Positions 12,911 through 26,610 of a stretch of 64,000 nt of DNA are shown here, one piece after another; position 1 is the first letter of the stretch, and each line of letters begins with the position of its first letter. Below the pieces are notes generated by a model. The model saw only the letters and a list, made by a program, of their open reading frames with translations, was not told the DNA's origin and ran no database searches. Source of the DNA: Pavona decussata (Eukaryota); NCBI GenBank assembly GCA_977016875.1, contig CDRNST010000165.1, positions 372,001 through 436,000 on the forward strand, given 5' to 3'. The translations under genes were made by a program, and so were the position numbers.

Positions 12911-15900
12911 TCATCTCATCATGTCATCTAAAAACTAAGAAAACAACAGGACGGAAGAGGCAAGGCCTCGAAGACAAACCTTCAAATTTGCGCTCGAATG
13001 CAAAACTCCCAGTAATGCCTGAAATTACCTCGAGGCTTAAAAGCGGGACAGGGCACCGCAAGTTACAACGGAAATTTAATTGATGTCAACAGATTCAAAA
13101 TATTTCATTAGTACGGGTCTGCATGAAATATTTGTTTTTACTTTAGTGAGGCTAAAGTTCACCGTGCACCCTGCGAGCAGAGGCCCTCGATCTTCCTAGA
13201 TAAGAGTATTCACCGTGTAGAGAGAGCTGAAAAAAAGTTTCTCTATCTTTCCGGCCTCTTGTTTGTATTATCACGGCTTGAGAACTAAACTAATCATTTC
13301 ATAAACTAAGCAAGGACCACAAAATAATACAAATATTTCTTGTTGTTACTTGCGGAGCAAATCCATGTGAACTTAATGATAGTTTTGAAAACTTCTCAAA
13401 ACAAATAACAGAAGGTAAACTAATTTGGAACCTAAGACGCAGCGGCGGCCATATTTGCGGTGAGGGTGGTAGGCCTTAATGACAAAAACAGACGTTTTTC
13501 TGTAAAAATCACGAATGTTTTCGATGTATTTTTATCCAGCGGGAACCAACAATAAAAGGAATGAAAGCAAGGTCGACACTTAGAAGATAAGCAACAATCT
13601 GAGAGAACTAAAAGAATGTCAGCGATTTTCAAACAACTGTTTTCAGTCCTCAGACTTTTTGCAGGGCTGTAAGATCGATCGGCTGAAAAATCGCCCCCTC
13701 TGGCAGCGATAAAAAGAAATTTTCAGAAAATTTGGTCATAGCATAACGATTCATTCATTTTAAGTTGTTTTTAGTGTGTTTGAAGGAAATGTCGACTGAC
13801 AATGCGTTCACGCCAATCACCATAGACTTGTAATCCTGCCAGCTTTCTGCGGGCTCCGCTATTTCTACTACTAAACAGCTTTAAAAGTCAGGAGCCCATA
13901 CCTTCATCCAAGCTTTTTGTTGGTGGGAAGCTAATTAACATGTCGAAACGGCGCTTATTACTGCTTGTGGTAAATATGACCGCAGAAGAACCATTGGAAC
14001 CGCTGAGAACTTTCAAGTGGAAATTAATATCCCGAAGAACATTGTTTGTTCGACTAACTGCTTGGAAACAGTGATTAGTCATAATTAGTCCGTACCAAAA
14101 GTAAACCAAACATAAAATGACACATTCTTTCAGGACAAGCGACAATTTTGGCACTGAACTATTTGGAAACGCAGTGCTTGTTTTCGTTTTGTCTAAGTCT
14201 GTCTTGGTCCTGTTTCATCCCGGTTTGGTCAAAGATGCAAAAAAACCTTTGATGTTAGATATTGAAATCCCGGGATTGAAATATGCCTTTGTCTGCTTTT
14301 AATCTATGGCGATTTGGTTTAATTCCTGACTGAAGAATTGTTTGACTTACCTGGGAACCGCAAACGTCGCATGTAGGCTTTATAACAGCGTCTTAACAAA
14401 CAAAGGTTTCCGCCTCAGAAGTGTTGCAGTTTCAAGGGCGTTATAATGACAAATATACAGCTTGTTTCCTTCCTTCTATCCAGCTCGAGGTTGATCTGTT
14501 GATAAGATCAATATTTCCATTATCGGTATTGTATCAGTGCTACTATACTTGGATGAACTCAATAAAGATACCGAAAATTTAAAGTTATGAAAGGTTAGTC
14601 ATAACGGAGTTTAGAAGCTGACGTCTATAAACAACACCGCGCGCTGAGGACATTTTCGTCCAGTTTTGTCTTTCAAACACCTCATGCTGTTTTAATTTCC
14701 TCTGACAAGAAAAATGAAAATACCTCAATCGAAACAGAGATAAATGTGCTGCTTAAAGTTACACAGGCATATACAAAAATTTCAGGTCGTGAACATATGT
14801 TGGATGTCGAGGGATCGCGACGCGAGGCGGCTAAAATTTGTGGCGAGCGATAAATAAAAACACTCTACACCGAGCTAGTCTTGTTTCATGTCTAAGGATA
14901 TTCACTTTAAGCCTTTACAGGGATAATGACTTTTAAATCGAAATTTAATTTGTTTTAGAGGTGAAAATAGCACTCAAGTTAATGAAAATATAACTGAGCC
15001 AGAAAATTTTCAACTAAAAACCTGAAAAACGTGTTGTCCATAAGCGTTTAAGAATGTTGCCACGGGTTCCTGCTCGGCTGGTGGACTGATAACCCAAACG
15101 TTATCAGTTAGAGATATCGGTTGAATTAGATCAGATTAACCTCATAAACGATTCGAATAGCTACCGTTTTAACGACGTGATGAGCACCAGAGACTGAAGG
15201 TTGAAGCGTCGTTTTAAGGCTGATACACATATTTCAATTCATCGAGCGCCTCTTCGCCATGTAGTAGCGTTAACTAAACCATGACTCAATAATCAAAGCT
15301 TATGAACTTTTCAACTCTGTTATTAGTGTCATGAAGGGAGCTTAAGACCTATTGTTTATGAAATTCGAAATGAATAAAAAAGTGTTTGCGCCAAGGCTGT
15401 TCAGGTCATTATACACGGATTTGTTAAGATAGGTGGCGCCGAGAAAACATTTGTTCTCATTCAATTGGGGGCATTAACATTAGCTTTGCATGATGACGGT
15501 TAGCTGTGTCATTGTAAAATCAAAATTGACAATCATGTTAGGTTTATAGCGCTTTTAAGCTCTAATTTTTGCTTGTGTTTGCAGATTATCTTGGCGGAAT
15601 TGTCAGATAAAAAAAACAAATCCAGTTTCAATCGTTTAATTCGAACCCAGAGTTGTAATGATATGACATAAATTGCTATTAACACGCTGGCCAAAGAAAA
15701 CCAAAAACAACCCACGGTAAGTAATGGACTCTTCACTCTAAAGTGAGTGCAAATAAAACTCAACTCAAATTGACGTTGCTAGAGTTATTTGTTTTGTTAT
15801 GGCGAGAGGGTGACAAATGAATGCATTTTTGAAATATTTTAATCATTTTAATCGTCTTCGAACCTAAGTTCAAAGCCGAAAACTGAGGGTACACTTGAAG

Positions 15901-16514
15901 CTCGTAACCGCTTGTGTGTTATTATGCAAACTGACAACACTAATGGACGAAATGATGATCGTCTGGGATTATGGAATTTGAATACCTGTCCCGAGGTACC
16001 TCTGATTGCTAGCAGACTGAAACCTCAAAAACTATGCACCGCTTTAAGTCAAATTTCAACGTCTTCGTTTCAATTAATTTTCGGTCAGGCTCATTGTACA
16101 AGGGCTTTTTCTCGCCTTCTCAATGGATTACACGTGGAGCTAACTAAGAAGAGATTATCATTTTATCAAGGCATTTCCCGAACAATTTGTAGGATTATTG
16201 AACTGAATTACCACACCTCCTTAGCTGGATATAAATAAAATTAAAATCATCACCCACAAAAACAGATTTTAGGGGTGTGGTTGGGTTCAAGAAGCAGTTC
16301 AAATGCCACGGGCCGCCTTTGATTTGTTCGGTCAGTGTTCTGTGCAATTTGCTTGGAGTTGTGAAAATTGGCCCACTTCCGCGGCCCTGCTTTCCTCATA
16401 GCTTCAATAATTTTCCGCATCTCGTGTACCAAAGCAAAAAGATCTACTGGCAAAATTGAATCCATTCGCCAAGGTATTGTCATCTCATAGTTTACCCTTC
16501 CCGCATCAAAAGCG

Positions 16515-16705
16515 ACTACATCCCGCTTCCCGCCATCGTATTTTCATCCCGCTTTCCGTACTATCCCGCTTGCTGCATGTGCGTCAAAATAAAGTACATC
16601 TCGCTTCCCACCCATGGTACTATTATCCCGTATCCCGTACTCGACATTCACAGTATCCCGCTTCCTGCATACAAAAAAAGAACACATTCAGCTTCCCGTC
16701 ATGGT
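16515..16705. repeat. Degenerate ATCCCGCTTCC/ATCCCGTA subrepeat cluster, probably part of a non-autonomous element
   Basis: About six TCCCG(C/T)-type units in ~190 bp. Confidence 0.5.
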
Positions 16706-17271
16706 ATTTTCAACCCGTATACCGGCAAACCTATCCGACCCAAAACAAATGGTCCAGCGATGTCATAAATAACTGTACCATGCTGCAGATAGCAGATAGC
16801 GCCCACTTAACTCGATTACAGTTATGTCAGGCTAGTCCAACAAAAGTAATGTCATCAATCGGCCTTTTAAAACGATCTTGTCCAATTTCGGGCAAAGGAA
16901 ATTCATGCCCCGCCTTACGGAAACTCACTCGGTTATGCACAGTTGTATTTTTCCCAACGAAAAGCTCATATATTTTCTCTTACGTTATCCCGATTAATGA
17001 GGACACTGGTTCATACGTACGGACAACGGACACTTATTTTGCAGTGAACCAACCGACACGCTCTCATACAATTGAAGTTAACCTCACTTTACGGAAACTG
17101 GTTATCTGCACACTTTATGAATTGTCTAATATCCAGTCCAAAACCAAAACTAAAAAGTAAACCAAAACTAAAACTGAAAAACCAAACTAAAACCAAACTA
17201 AAACTGAAAAATGTCATTGCAGAGCAATGTCACGGGCTATTTTTAATGATTACGTAAGCACTGAGAGAACA

Positions 17272-17358
17272 TACTTTACTTTACTTTACTTTACTTTACT
17301 TTACTTTACTTTACTTTACTTTACTTTACTTTACTTTACTTTACTTTACTTTACTTTA
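17272..17358. repeat. (TTTAC)n microsatellite, ~17 units
   Basis: Directly visible; produces the FTLLY repeat in spurious ORF 17227-17580. Confidence 0.97.
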
Positions 17359-18749
17359 ATAGTTTGGCAATACACATGCTCGACCGGCCATAGCTCTTTC
17401 CTTTTGCGCATGACTGACGGCGGGAAGGTGTATGACGTAGACAAAGCCGAGCGGCTTTGGGGTCAAGAATGGGCAATACCAAGCGGAGGTCTCTTGGCAA
17501 TACAAAGACAGGAAAACTCTAAACAGGAACTACGTCTCTTACTGAAGGGTTACCTAAAGCCTACACTAACTAAAACTTAAACAGCTACTAAAGTAAAAAA
17601 TACGTACATACATACGTAATCAAGTGGAAAATATGTGCAGTATTAAATTAGAAATATAATAAAAGAAGAAGAATAAATCAGGAGAATGTAGTAATACTTT
17701 TTAGGTGTAAAAAGGATTTTTGTGCGAAGCGCTGATCTGAATGAGTGTGATATAGTCAGATTCAGTTGAGCAGTTAAGTTACAGTTAGGACATTAAATGT
17801 CGTTCTGTTGCCGTTTTAAATTGTATGCTTCAGTCTTTGCCTATTGATAAAACACGCGTCTGTGACGTTTAATTTAATATGGAAACTTATTCCCTTTCCG
17901 GTCCGTATTAACTGTACTATATCCGTTTACCGGTTTTCAGAAGTCAACACACATAACTTGGAGGTTATAGCGTGCTGTCATTCTGAACGGAAGAGCGAGT
18001 TATTTGAAAGGCACAAGTTAAAGTCTAATAAAAACTGAACATGGAAACATCTACTGGCAATCTTTGTTTTGCAAATCACAAACTGATCACAATTAAAAGA
18101 AGTAATCGGATAGAGGACCATTTGAAATTAAACAGCTTAAGACTTATGTACGCACAAGCTCGTGTCTTCTTACTCCAAATTCCCAAATTCCTGTGATCAG
18201 AAATACGACTTTTGACGCCCACACTCGCTTGTGCGTTCTAGTAAGCCTGAGTTATTGATCAGGTCGTATACAAGACCAGCAGCTTTCTATGAGGTGCAGT
18301 TGAAAGAAGGGGTTTTTCTTGTGACAAGTTATTTGGCAATCCAACATAAATTGTACACCCCACCCCCCCTCCCCCCCTCCCCCCACGAGATGAAAGAAAG
18401 ATAGCAACCTCTTCTTCACCTAAGTAACAGGTTGTTATATAACTGGGAAAATCATTGTCAAGCGTGACAGTGTGGCTCGAATCAAACACAGGATATACGA
18501 AAAGTAGACGAGGAAGCGATAGCTTAATTGGACCCAACATTTTGAGTGTGTGTGTACCTTCTCACTGGTTGAGGCGATGATGTGGCACACGCGGAATGTC
18601 TCATTTAGTATCTGATAGCTCCTACACGACAACACACGAAATGAAAAAGAATATTTATTTTAATTTATTAATCGAAAGCACCCTAATAATTTCCGACATG
18701 TCGCCTATAAATGGGATGAACATGAAATAAAGAGTCACGTTTAACTAAA

Positions 18750-18900
18750 AATATCAGAGTTGATTTAACTAAAGGTAAATTGGGCACCGTAAAGAGATTC
18801 GAGTGCTGAGGGTTTGAGCGTTAGCCCTTCGTCAGAGTGACGCACCATCTGACTCCCTACCGAAGCAGCGCCAATTCAGCTTTGAACTAACCCTCTTATC
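18750..18900 (-). mobile_element. Penelope-like/non-autonomous retroelement remnant with degenerate minimal hammerhead motif
   Basis: Minus strand 18837-18805 reads CTCTGACGAAGGGCTAACGCTCAAACCCTCAGC. The CTGACGA box and short stem II are intact, but the expected GAAAC..GTC is mutated. Confidence 0.55.
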
Positions 18901-19220
18901 TATCAGTGAACAATAAATTTCTTAAAACTCTTCACGGGAAGTTAACTACAACTACTCGTTAACATGATAGTATATTGCTACCTGCATAAGTTGCTTATAT
19001 ACTCTGATAATCAGGCGTTTTTCTTACAATCACTCACCTTGCTACCTCAGTCTTCCTGCAGTTTTAAGTTAATTTACACTGATTTTCTTCACCTTGAAAC
19101 CAACAATGCACAGCCGATTTACAGTGTACAAATATTTATACAGGCTAAAAATACAATCCTTGCTGCATGACCCATAAACGGAACGATTAGTTTACACTTT
19201 ACAACATAAACAAAAACAGT

Positions 19221-19544
19221 TTAAAGGGGATGCGTCACGGGGAGTTTGACCTCTTTTGGTGAAAATGAACAGAACCTTCACTTAGTCGCAAAACTCATGA
19301 GCTGGTCAAGCGCGTTTTGAAAAGGAAAATGCAAGAACTTCTAAAACTGAGTTAGCTAACTTTTTTCAAGTTAGAATCCATTCCAGAATAGTAAATCTAT
19401 GGCCAGAGACACTCATCGACACGGTTTTAGTACAATTCAGTAGTACAATGGGGAGGTGATTCTCTCCCAAATTTGGACCAGAAAACAGAAAAATGTTGTT
19501 GGGTTTTTGAAATGACGCAAATTCCCGTGACAAATCCTCTTTAA
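19221..19544. mobile_element. TTAA-flanked non-autonomous element (Kolobok/piggyBac-type)
   Basis: TTAA-AGGGGATGCGTCACGGG ... CCCGTGACAAATCCTCT-TTAA. Confidence 0.75.
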
Positions 19545-21870
19545 GAAGCTGTTAAAAAGACATCTAAAAGGATTAACGACAGCCTGCATTAATGGGTCAG
19601 CCTAAAAATATCCCCAGTTTTATTGTCATTTCTAATACTGATGAAATATCACGAAAAGATTTCAAATGTTTGGCGAGTAGAGATGAAGTGAAGTACATAT
19701 CAGTCTTTTACTTCAGTAACGGACGTTCGCACTAATTATTGTATCAGTTCCTTTTTCTCAGTTTGACTATTGTAGAACTTTCAAAGAAAAGTTGAGTACA
19801 AGAATTGAAATCCTTACTGAGATTTCCGTTGGGTTGAGTGCTCTGTGGTGAACCTCATACAAGTCCAAAACAATGAGTTTTTTGATCTGGTTTTCGCTGT
19901 TTTTGGTCTTCACTACAGAATTGGTCTCCGAGTGATGTCGCATCGTTTGGAGATTCAGTGTCCCACCATTGTCGTGTGGTACACTTCTCAGCGGAATTGA
20001 TATCCTTTGCCAATAAAATGGGCTAAGATCTTTATCCTTTGTTTGTCTTTACAGAATACTGTGGAAGACAAAAAATAATAACAAAAATATTAGTAAAAAT
20101 GAAGAAGTAACCAGGATTATTCATATTAAAAGCAAAAAAAAAAAAGTTCTCTTTTTAACAAAAAAAGATATTATCGGCAGATTTCCTGTTATTAGTTTAG
20201 ACCGAGAAATCATCTTTTAGATAGATCGATGCATGTGTGGTGACGCGTGATCTTCTAGCTTCTGATTACCGCCAGGAGCCTAATGGGCTCCTGTTACGGC
20301 CGTGCCTGGTCTCGTACAGGGTGCTCATAGTTGAAAAGAGGAATAACCAATCACTGTGAAGACGTTTAATGACGTATATGACTCATCCCATCACTCTCAC
20401 GAACCCCTCTCCCCTTTTCGTTCCCAGGTCCTCTATCTTCCTCCCTCATCCCTCAAGAAAGGAGGTTGAGAGAGGACCCTGGGAACGAGGTTGGTCTCCC
20501 GCTTGTGCCTGAAGAGGCACAGTTTTGGTACTTTTCGTTTTTGAAAATCATATGAATTGGTTTGCTTGATTTACGAAACATTCTTTATATAGGATGGCCC
20601 AGGCACTGCGTTACGCCGTTCTTTATTCCAAGGTCTTCAAAGAAAACGAAGGGTGAACTTTGACGTCTATAAAGACTGTAGGAAAATTGAAATTTAATCA
20701 CGCATGACCATGTCTAAGGTAACTGTGCAAGCGAAATGAAAAATCACAAAGCTCAAAGCTCATCGTTATATTTTGCGTGACACCAGCAACTTGCGTTTGC
20801 AGACGTTGTTATGACTGCCATGAACATGTTTGGTCTGCTTTTGTACCATTCGAAAACGAACACTTGGTTCACTGCACGCTAGCCTGCGAACAGGCTTCAG
20901 GGGCGCGGAGCTCACGTCTAGACTGAGCACGCCAGGGAGGCCTGTTCGCAGTAGCTTCACGCACGGTGTTCTCGTTGTTCTAGCGGTTTTTACTTGCAAA
21001 AACTACAAACTAAACAGTGGAAATCTAAGTATTGAAGTTTTTGGTTTTCTGCGGTAATAAATCGAAAACAAGATTAATCCAATGGTCACGTCCCTTCAGT
21101 TGGACAACAGCTTGTGTTTGTCTCGGTAAAAGCGTGATACAAGTACCAATGCATTGGAACATCAGTGAATGACGTAAGTCATGGAAAGTGCGTTGTTTAT
21201 ACTTGAAGTGCATGAAGCTGTTCCATGAAAAAAAGTTTCGTTCTTCTTCTTTGTCAAAATGAAGTTGTTATTATTATTGTTATTGTCAAGTACGTTTTTT
21301 GAGAACAGCGCGAAATGAAATAAATCTTACGGATGATTGGTTCATCCCAGCCCCCTACTCTACCCATTTCACACCCTTTCCGGCATGCCCACGTTTTAAC
21401 GGACATCCCTTTCAAGTACACAAAATCGTCTCTTTTGTTTGATTTCTCGTCTCCGAAGAATCACAGAAGTTTTTATTCATGAAATCATGTTAGAATTACA
21501 GTTAACTATAAAAAACTAGCGAAAAAAGATGAAACAACTATTGTTTTTCAATCGTGCGTGCATAAACGCACATTCATAAACGACTACTGACCCCCTCCGA
21601 CAAAGTACGAAAATGTCACTTGTCCACGTGATATGAACGAACTTTGGATGAATGAAAGTGAAGGATGTGCATGTAGAGCACGTGGAAATAATTGAATGAC
21701 CAATCAAATTAAAGTTATCAGTTTTGTCGTGCAGAGCGGGAACGTGAGTAAACAGAGAGTACAAGGTTCGTGTTGTAAACAGACTACATCCAGTGGCAAT
21801 ATTTTCCATGAGTTGGGAGTTGAGTTGTGGGACAAACGAAGCTTCCTTTCAGAACGAAATCCAACAGAAA

Positions 21871-24800
21871 ATGCCCAGTGGAAAGTCTTCGTATGTCCAT
21901 TTGGTGGCTGGAGGGTACGTTTGATCCAAAGAGTGTTTTTCTTTCGGGTTCTGGCGTTTCGTTTCGTCGTTAAGAGCACATGTTCGAGTGTGATGGCGTC
22001 GGTCCGTTTTGTGTTTGCTCTATTTAAACGATTTTCAGTGTGCCTAGAGAAAAATCAAACGTTAGAGTGTTCTTGTGAGTATAAAGGCATTTGAAAATTT
22101 CAATTAAGGCGCGTAATCATCAGAATAAACCTTGTCAAGTTTATCCTTGCGCTGAATTTCCGCGGCCAAGCTACAAGTTGTTGCTTGGAAGTTCATGAAA
22201 TGGCTTATTCATGGGTTATTTAGGTGGAAACCTTCTCTGTTTCACTATACAAGCCTCTTGATTGCTTTAACTTTTTAAGTGTTCTTTCGAAACACGAAGT
22301 TGTTATGGTATTAAACTATTAATTATTTTCACAGTCTCTGTGCATGTTTGTTGTGACGACATTGCGTTAAGAAAACTTTACTTAAACTTATGTAAGACCA
22401 TGATTCTAATGTTATTATCCTGAAACCTTTTGCAGGGTTGGAGGAACTGTAGGTGCTACATTGACTTGCCCTCTGGAAGTTGTAAAAACCAGATTACAGG
22501 TAGGACTTTACGCCTAAATAAACAACGCGCTCCGTGACTCACGTGTCATGACCCAAACGTAGTCCCTTCTCACGCTTGGCTCCCAACTTGCGTGAATAAA
22601 TACGATCAAAACATAAATTACATTGTTTGTAAGGGAATCCGATGGTCAAATAATTTCCTTATGAATCATTTCCTGAAAAGGGCCCTTGATTAAAGTTCCT
22701 TGTCGACAAACCGTACAAAGTTGAGGCCCTCAGAATGGTTGTATACACTTTAGTGCCAAGTTTACAATCTCAACTAACACTAAAGAAGTGTCGTTCATTT
22801 AGTCATCAGATATATGTTTTGTTGTGTTTTCCCCATTTCCCTTGTTCAACTAGTAGTTTAATTTCTTACATCGTTGTTACTGTTGCGAAACGTTTAGTTC
22901 TTGAGGGTGAAGATCGAATTAGGGCACAATTGATTGATGGGGTCAAATTGCTGCAGAATGTTTGATTTTTTTGCTAGGGTTTGTTGCATTCGAAAGTCAA
23001 CTGGTTGTTAAAATTAATAAAGAACTGTTTTTTAAAGGCCTGTTAATTTTTGATGCTATTTGAAACAGAGGAAATACGTGGTAACCTATGTTTCTGTCCA
23101 TCCACGTAGCTTAAATAGAATGTACAGAAAACAAAAAAGAAACATAAGTTTGTATTGTTGTAAAATAAATACTTTCATGATTATCTGACTGTTGTGTTCA
23201 GGTATAGTTAATAGACACATAAGGGACAGTTAAGACAAGAACACAAAAGTTAGGATAGCGAATTTTGGACACTTGGTCAGATGCGCTAGAAGTTGATAAG
23301 GAGGTTACGTCTCTAAAGAAACTGTGATGTAGCATTGGTGGGGAGTGGAAAACGAATATTTGATTTTCTTGGTTTTCTCACCGAGTTGATAGAGTAAATT
23401 GACCATTGTAAAGGGATTCAAGAGCTGAGGTTGTAGCCCTTTGACAGAGCAAATCCAGCTTCCCAATCTGATGATTGGGCTAATGCTCATATTGTTGGCT
23501 GTAGAAGTTGGATTGCCTTACTAAACCACATCTGTTCTTTCTTACACAGTCGTCAGTGCCAACATTCAGACATGTGCTATGCCCAGCAGGAACTGGCTCT
23601 GGAGTTTGGGGTATACCTGTGGAGATTTCAGTCACAAGACCTGTTGGTATCCTGTCATGTTTGAGACACATTGTGCAGACAGAAGGAGTTGTTGCATTAT
23701 TCAAAGGCCTTGGCCCCACTTTAGTGGGTGTTGCTCCGTCAAGAGCTTTGTACTTCTCAGTGTATGCCACAGCTAAACGTGTGTTCAACAGGAGTGGCGT
23801 GGTGTCACCTGAAAGCAAGTTGGTGCATGTTGGTTCAGCATGTTCTGCAGGTACAGAGTACAGACTTGCCTTTTCTTTATACATGTAGGTTCAGGTTGCT
23901 GTTCAATATGAGTGATATGGCAATTCAGTAGACAACATGTGGCTGGAGAAATCAAAGGTGTTTACAGAAATGTTGCTGTGATAGATTTTATTAACATTCA
24001 ATTTTGAATCAACAAAAACTTTAAATTTTTTTTGCTTAAAACCTTGTAGATCTGCTGCAAAAACTTGAACAGTGGCAGGTACTCAAACTTTTGCCACATT
24101 TTAAAGGAAGCACAAGGAAACATTGCATTTGTTAGTCTGAGAGATGAAGTGGCATTGGATATCCTATAGTCCTATTAACTGACTTTTGATGATGCAACTG
24201 TTGCAAAAATTTGGTCATCTTGGCATGAGTTAACTTTTCATTTCTGGGTTCAAGTGGAGACTGGGGAGTTTTTAAGATGCGTTTTAAGATGCGTTATTCA
24301 GAAATTAGAGTCCATCACAAGATAGATTGCATTAAAATTAAGCAGTTTACCAAGTTTGAGGTTATGTTGCTAGATTGCTTCTATGCAGAAGGCTTTCAAA
24401 AATTGGAAAAATTAGAGACTGTGTGGATTCGTGGCACGCCATTTCAGAATAAGAGACATTTGTATGGAATTTGGGCGACCTTTGACAGGTCACAGCCTGG
24501 TTACTACGCAATGAAGCATAACCAAACTTAGTAAACTTGCTAATTTATATGTGATCTTTCTGGTGATGGGGTTCATTTCTTCATATGACGCATATGATGC
24601 TGCCCACAGCCAGAAGTAAATTGCCGTACACCATAGAGAAAATGGGTTTCTGTTCATGTTTCCATTTTAGTTACATGTAGTAATCCCCTGATAGTACATT
24701 TTCTTATAGAGTTTTCTTGTCTTTTAGGTATTGTTACATCAACATTATCAAGTCCTCTTTGGGTGGTAAAAACAAGGCTCCAGCTTGATAACAGGTATGT

Positions 24801-25551
24801 TTTGCATGGTTTTGTAGAGTGTTGCTTAACATAGGAAACCTCTAGGGGTGGACAAATCCCTGCTTCATAGATTTTGGTTAACATCATTGTTGACAAACAC
24901 TGGAAATACTGTAAAAGGTGTCAAAGATCATCACACTTGGCAGCTACTAAAATTGAATATTTCGGCATTAGAGCTCTACCAAGCTACCTTCTACTAAAAC
25001 ACTGTTAGGGATGTTCAATTGCTGAAATAGTCCTAAAATATGTTGTTTGTTACCATTTCAGGACTGCAACTAGAGGTCAGATAACAAAACTTATTTTCAA
25101 TATCTGGAAGACTGATGGATTTAAGGGCTTTTATCGAGGACTAACAGCGACATATGTTGGTATAACAGAGACTGTGATTCACTTTGTGATTTATGAACAT
25201 ATTAAGGCCAAGGTTCAGAGACATCACTTCAAAGTGCGTGGCACCAATGAAAAGAATGTTGTGGACTTTTTTCAATTTATGATGGCAGCAGCAACATCAA
25301 AATGTATAGCAGCTGTCACAGCATATCCACACGAGGTTATCAGGACCAGACTGCGACAGCAGGAAGTAGATGGAAAGAGAAAATACCACTCCTTCATGCA
25401 GGCCTTTAGAAAAATCCTTCATGAAGAAGGTAGAGTCGGACTTTATGGAGGACTTGGAACTCACCTTCTTCGACAAGTTCCAAACACTGCAATCATGTTT
25501 CTGACATATGAAACTGTGGTGCATTGCCTGTGTGAGGAAGATGTGTCGTGA
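21871..25551 (+). CDS. SLC25A36: Mitochondrial pyrimidine nucleotide carrier (SLC25A36/SLC25A33, Rim2 family), 321 aa. Exons 21871-21914, 22436-22499, 23550-23850, 24728-24794, 25062-25551
   Basis: All GT-AG with consistent phases (966 nt). Motifs [70 protein letters not shown] and [14 protein letters not shown]. Confidence 0.93.
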
Positions 25552-26416
25552 ATCAGCCTATTTGATGCCATGAATTGAAAAATTGTGGTTGCATTTTAAT
25601 TTTAGGAACAACAAGTTTTGAGGAAGAAGTGAAGGGAAATGATAATTTAATATGTAGATGCTATGTTAGGTGACATATAATGCTGGAAAAGTGACTGGTG
25701 TTTTTCAAAGACATCTGGCTTGTTGCTTGACATATTAGCAAAATTTTTCAATCCTTTTCTTGAATTTTAAAAGTTGTTCTATTTCAGTGTTTCAGTTCGA
25801 ATATGTAAATATTAATTTTACACATTTTGTACATAAAAGATCTGAAAGTGTATAGTAATATTGTTCATACCAAAAGATAATTTTTATATTTGTAAAGTTT
25901 TATTTAATAAGAATATCATTGACCAAGATTAAATTAAAAAGTACACTTTTAAAGAGCAAACAATTTGGGGTTTATGAAAAAATGTTGTTGGCATTAGAGT
26001 TCTTTGTTTGCTAAAACAAGAGGATAAGATAATCTCGGTTTGTTTTTTGAAACAACTTTACCATAAACCAGAAAGGTAAATTAATGGCATGTGTCATCTT
26101 ACAAAGATCTGTCCCTATTTTAGCTTGAAGCATTAGGCAAGTTTACTGTTTACTAAAAAGTAGTGAAGTTTGGTTAGGTTCTTAGTTTTGAGAACCTTGA
26201 TGTTACCATCTGGGCAGTCTGTTTTAATGAATAAAGTACAAATTTGTTGAGTTTGGCTTTCCAATTTCATTTGACCTTCTCTTGATGTGGGGAATAGAGT
26301 ATGTGAAAACCAGTGCATGTTGGGTTTACATTTTTTTATGCACCCCATTCCCACTACAGAGTCTGGTTACAGATTAAAAACCCACTTGGGAAATCTTCCT
26401 GTAAGCTGCAATCTTA

Positions 26417-26610
26417 GACCCCGTCCACACGTATCAGGATATTTTTGAATCCGTAACTTTTTCTTTCCCGATACGGCTATCGTCCACACGCATCCGGCGA
26501 ATTCGGAAGCAAATCCGGAAATTTTTGAATCCGCTCTCCAGCATGGAAATTTTTGAATCCGATAACATTGTTCCGGATTAAAAAATATCCGGATACGTGT
26601 GGACGGGGTC
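26417..26610. mobile_element. PIF/Harbinger (Tourist-like) MITE
   Basis: TIRs GACCCCGTCCACACGTATC / GATACGTGTGGACGGGGTC with TTA TSD on both sides. Confidence 0.9.

Noticed and set aside
8415-14396. Possible 6-kb TTAA-flanked element (TTAAGACGCT ... AGCGTCTTAA)
   Set aside because: The inverted match is only 10 nt and there is no transposase remnant inside.
16456-17160. Longest unexplained ORF (234 aa, +)
   Set aside because: Non-ATG start, runs through ATCCCG subrepeats and an A-rich simple repeat, and has no recognisable motif.
19818-20058. Exon-like segment on the minus strand (good acceptor and donor)
   Set aside because: Stops in all three frames, and equally good acceptor-like motifs on the plus strand; unsupported without RNA data.
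3040-21800. TEAD (GGAATG/CATTCC) sites upstream of Dachsous
   Set aside because: About ten seen in 19 kb, roughly chance expectation for a hexamer.
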